This document shows positions 63,201 through 64,000 of a stretch of 64,000 bases of DNA, piece by piece. The position numbers and the translations under genes were made by a program. This DNA comes from Takakia lepidozioides (Eukaryota > Plantae > Bryophyta): the NCBI GenBank assembly GCA_030704615.1, contig CM060731.1, positions 1,860,001 to 1,924,000 on the forward strand, read 5' to 3'. Each line of letters begins with the position of its first letter. The first letter of the stretch is position 1. A model generated the notes under the pieces. That model was not told where the DNA came from and did not search any database. It saw nothing but the letters and a program-made list of their open reading frames with translations.

Positions 63201-64000
63201 TCCTAGAGGAACCAGCCACTGTGAGTTTACAGGATGAAGTGGTGACTGGTTGGACAATCACAGCTGATGAGCAAGTGAGGGAAGTGAATGTGGGAACTAA
63301 AGAGGAACCGAGGATGGTGAAGGTAGGAGCTGATTTGGAGCCAGAATTCTTTGAAGAAGCTAAGAGTTTGTTCATCAAATACAGAGATGTATTTGCTTGG
63401 AGCTATGAGGATTTAAAAGGGATACCACCTGAAATCTGTCAGCATAAGATTGAACTGGAACCGGGGTCAGTACCAATCAAGTAGGCAAGGTACAGAATGA
63501 ATCCCAACTACGCACAGAAGGTTGGAGAAGAGATCAAGAAGTTGGCTGAGGCTAAGTTTTATATACCCAATAGAGTATACAACTTGGTTGTACCCATTGT
63601 GATAGTTCCCAAGAAGAATGGTAAACTAAGAGTTTGTGTGAACTACAAGAAGCTGAATGCTTGTACGAAGAAAGATCCTTTCTCTTTGTCATTCACAGAA
63701 GCAGTATTAGACACTGTGGCAGGCCATGAGATGTACTCATTCATGGATGGCTTCAGTGGTTATAATCAAGTGCAAGTGGCAGAAGGAGACCAAGGAAAAA
63801 CAGCTTTCATCACAGACTGGGGTGCTTATGCATACAAAGTCATGCCCTTTGGACTTTGTAATGCACCAGCGACCTTTCAGAGAGTGATAAGTGAATCTTT
63901 TCATGAGTATCTGGATGATTTCATGCAGGTGTTCTTGGATGATTTCAGTGTGTACAACTCTAAGAATGAGCACTTGCATAAATTGGAGTTATGCTTGGCC
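60229..64000 (+). mobile_element. Decayed Ty3/gypsy gag-pol of a different lineage, running off the window end
   Basis: Gag (DAKMRLFPCSLIKKASEWY), zinc knuckles CAKCQNEGHTTTEC, CTICKMDNHSTENC and CYYCNQPGH, protease VLIDGGSGVN, and RT (FMDGFSGYNQ, VMPFGLCNAPATFQR, VFLDDF). Frameshifts and stops present. Confidence 0.93.

Overview
Eukaryotic nuclear DNA, most likely from a non-seed land plant (inferred from spliceosomal introns, PLS/DYW-class PPR genes and bryophyte/fern-style transposons). The first ~20 kb holds two intact, convergent genes: the 3' 21 exons of a TARBP1/Trm3-like SpoU tRNA methyltransferase (+), with LINEs in two introns, and a 5-exon archaeal-type cofactor-independent phosphoglycerate mutase (-). 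The rest is a pseudogene and transposon field. It contains an inverted pair of decayed PPR-DYW genes plus further PPR remnants, a full-length chromoviral Ty3/gypsy element (27070-34048, TATAT target-site duplication), a 5'-truncated second copy of it, nested CACTA elements, a tRNA-derived SINE, and a second gypsy lineage running off the right edge. The most notable finding is at ~52647-54977: a spliced (3 predicted introns), apparently transposon-borne gene for a prokaryote-type beta-class N6-adenine/N4-cytosine DNA methyltransferase fold with an unusual DIPD catalytic motif. This copy is 5'-truncated and has one premature stop. A second candidate is an extra ORF with an F-box-like motif upstream of the last gypsy gag. 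All calls were made by eye, with no database searches.
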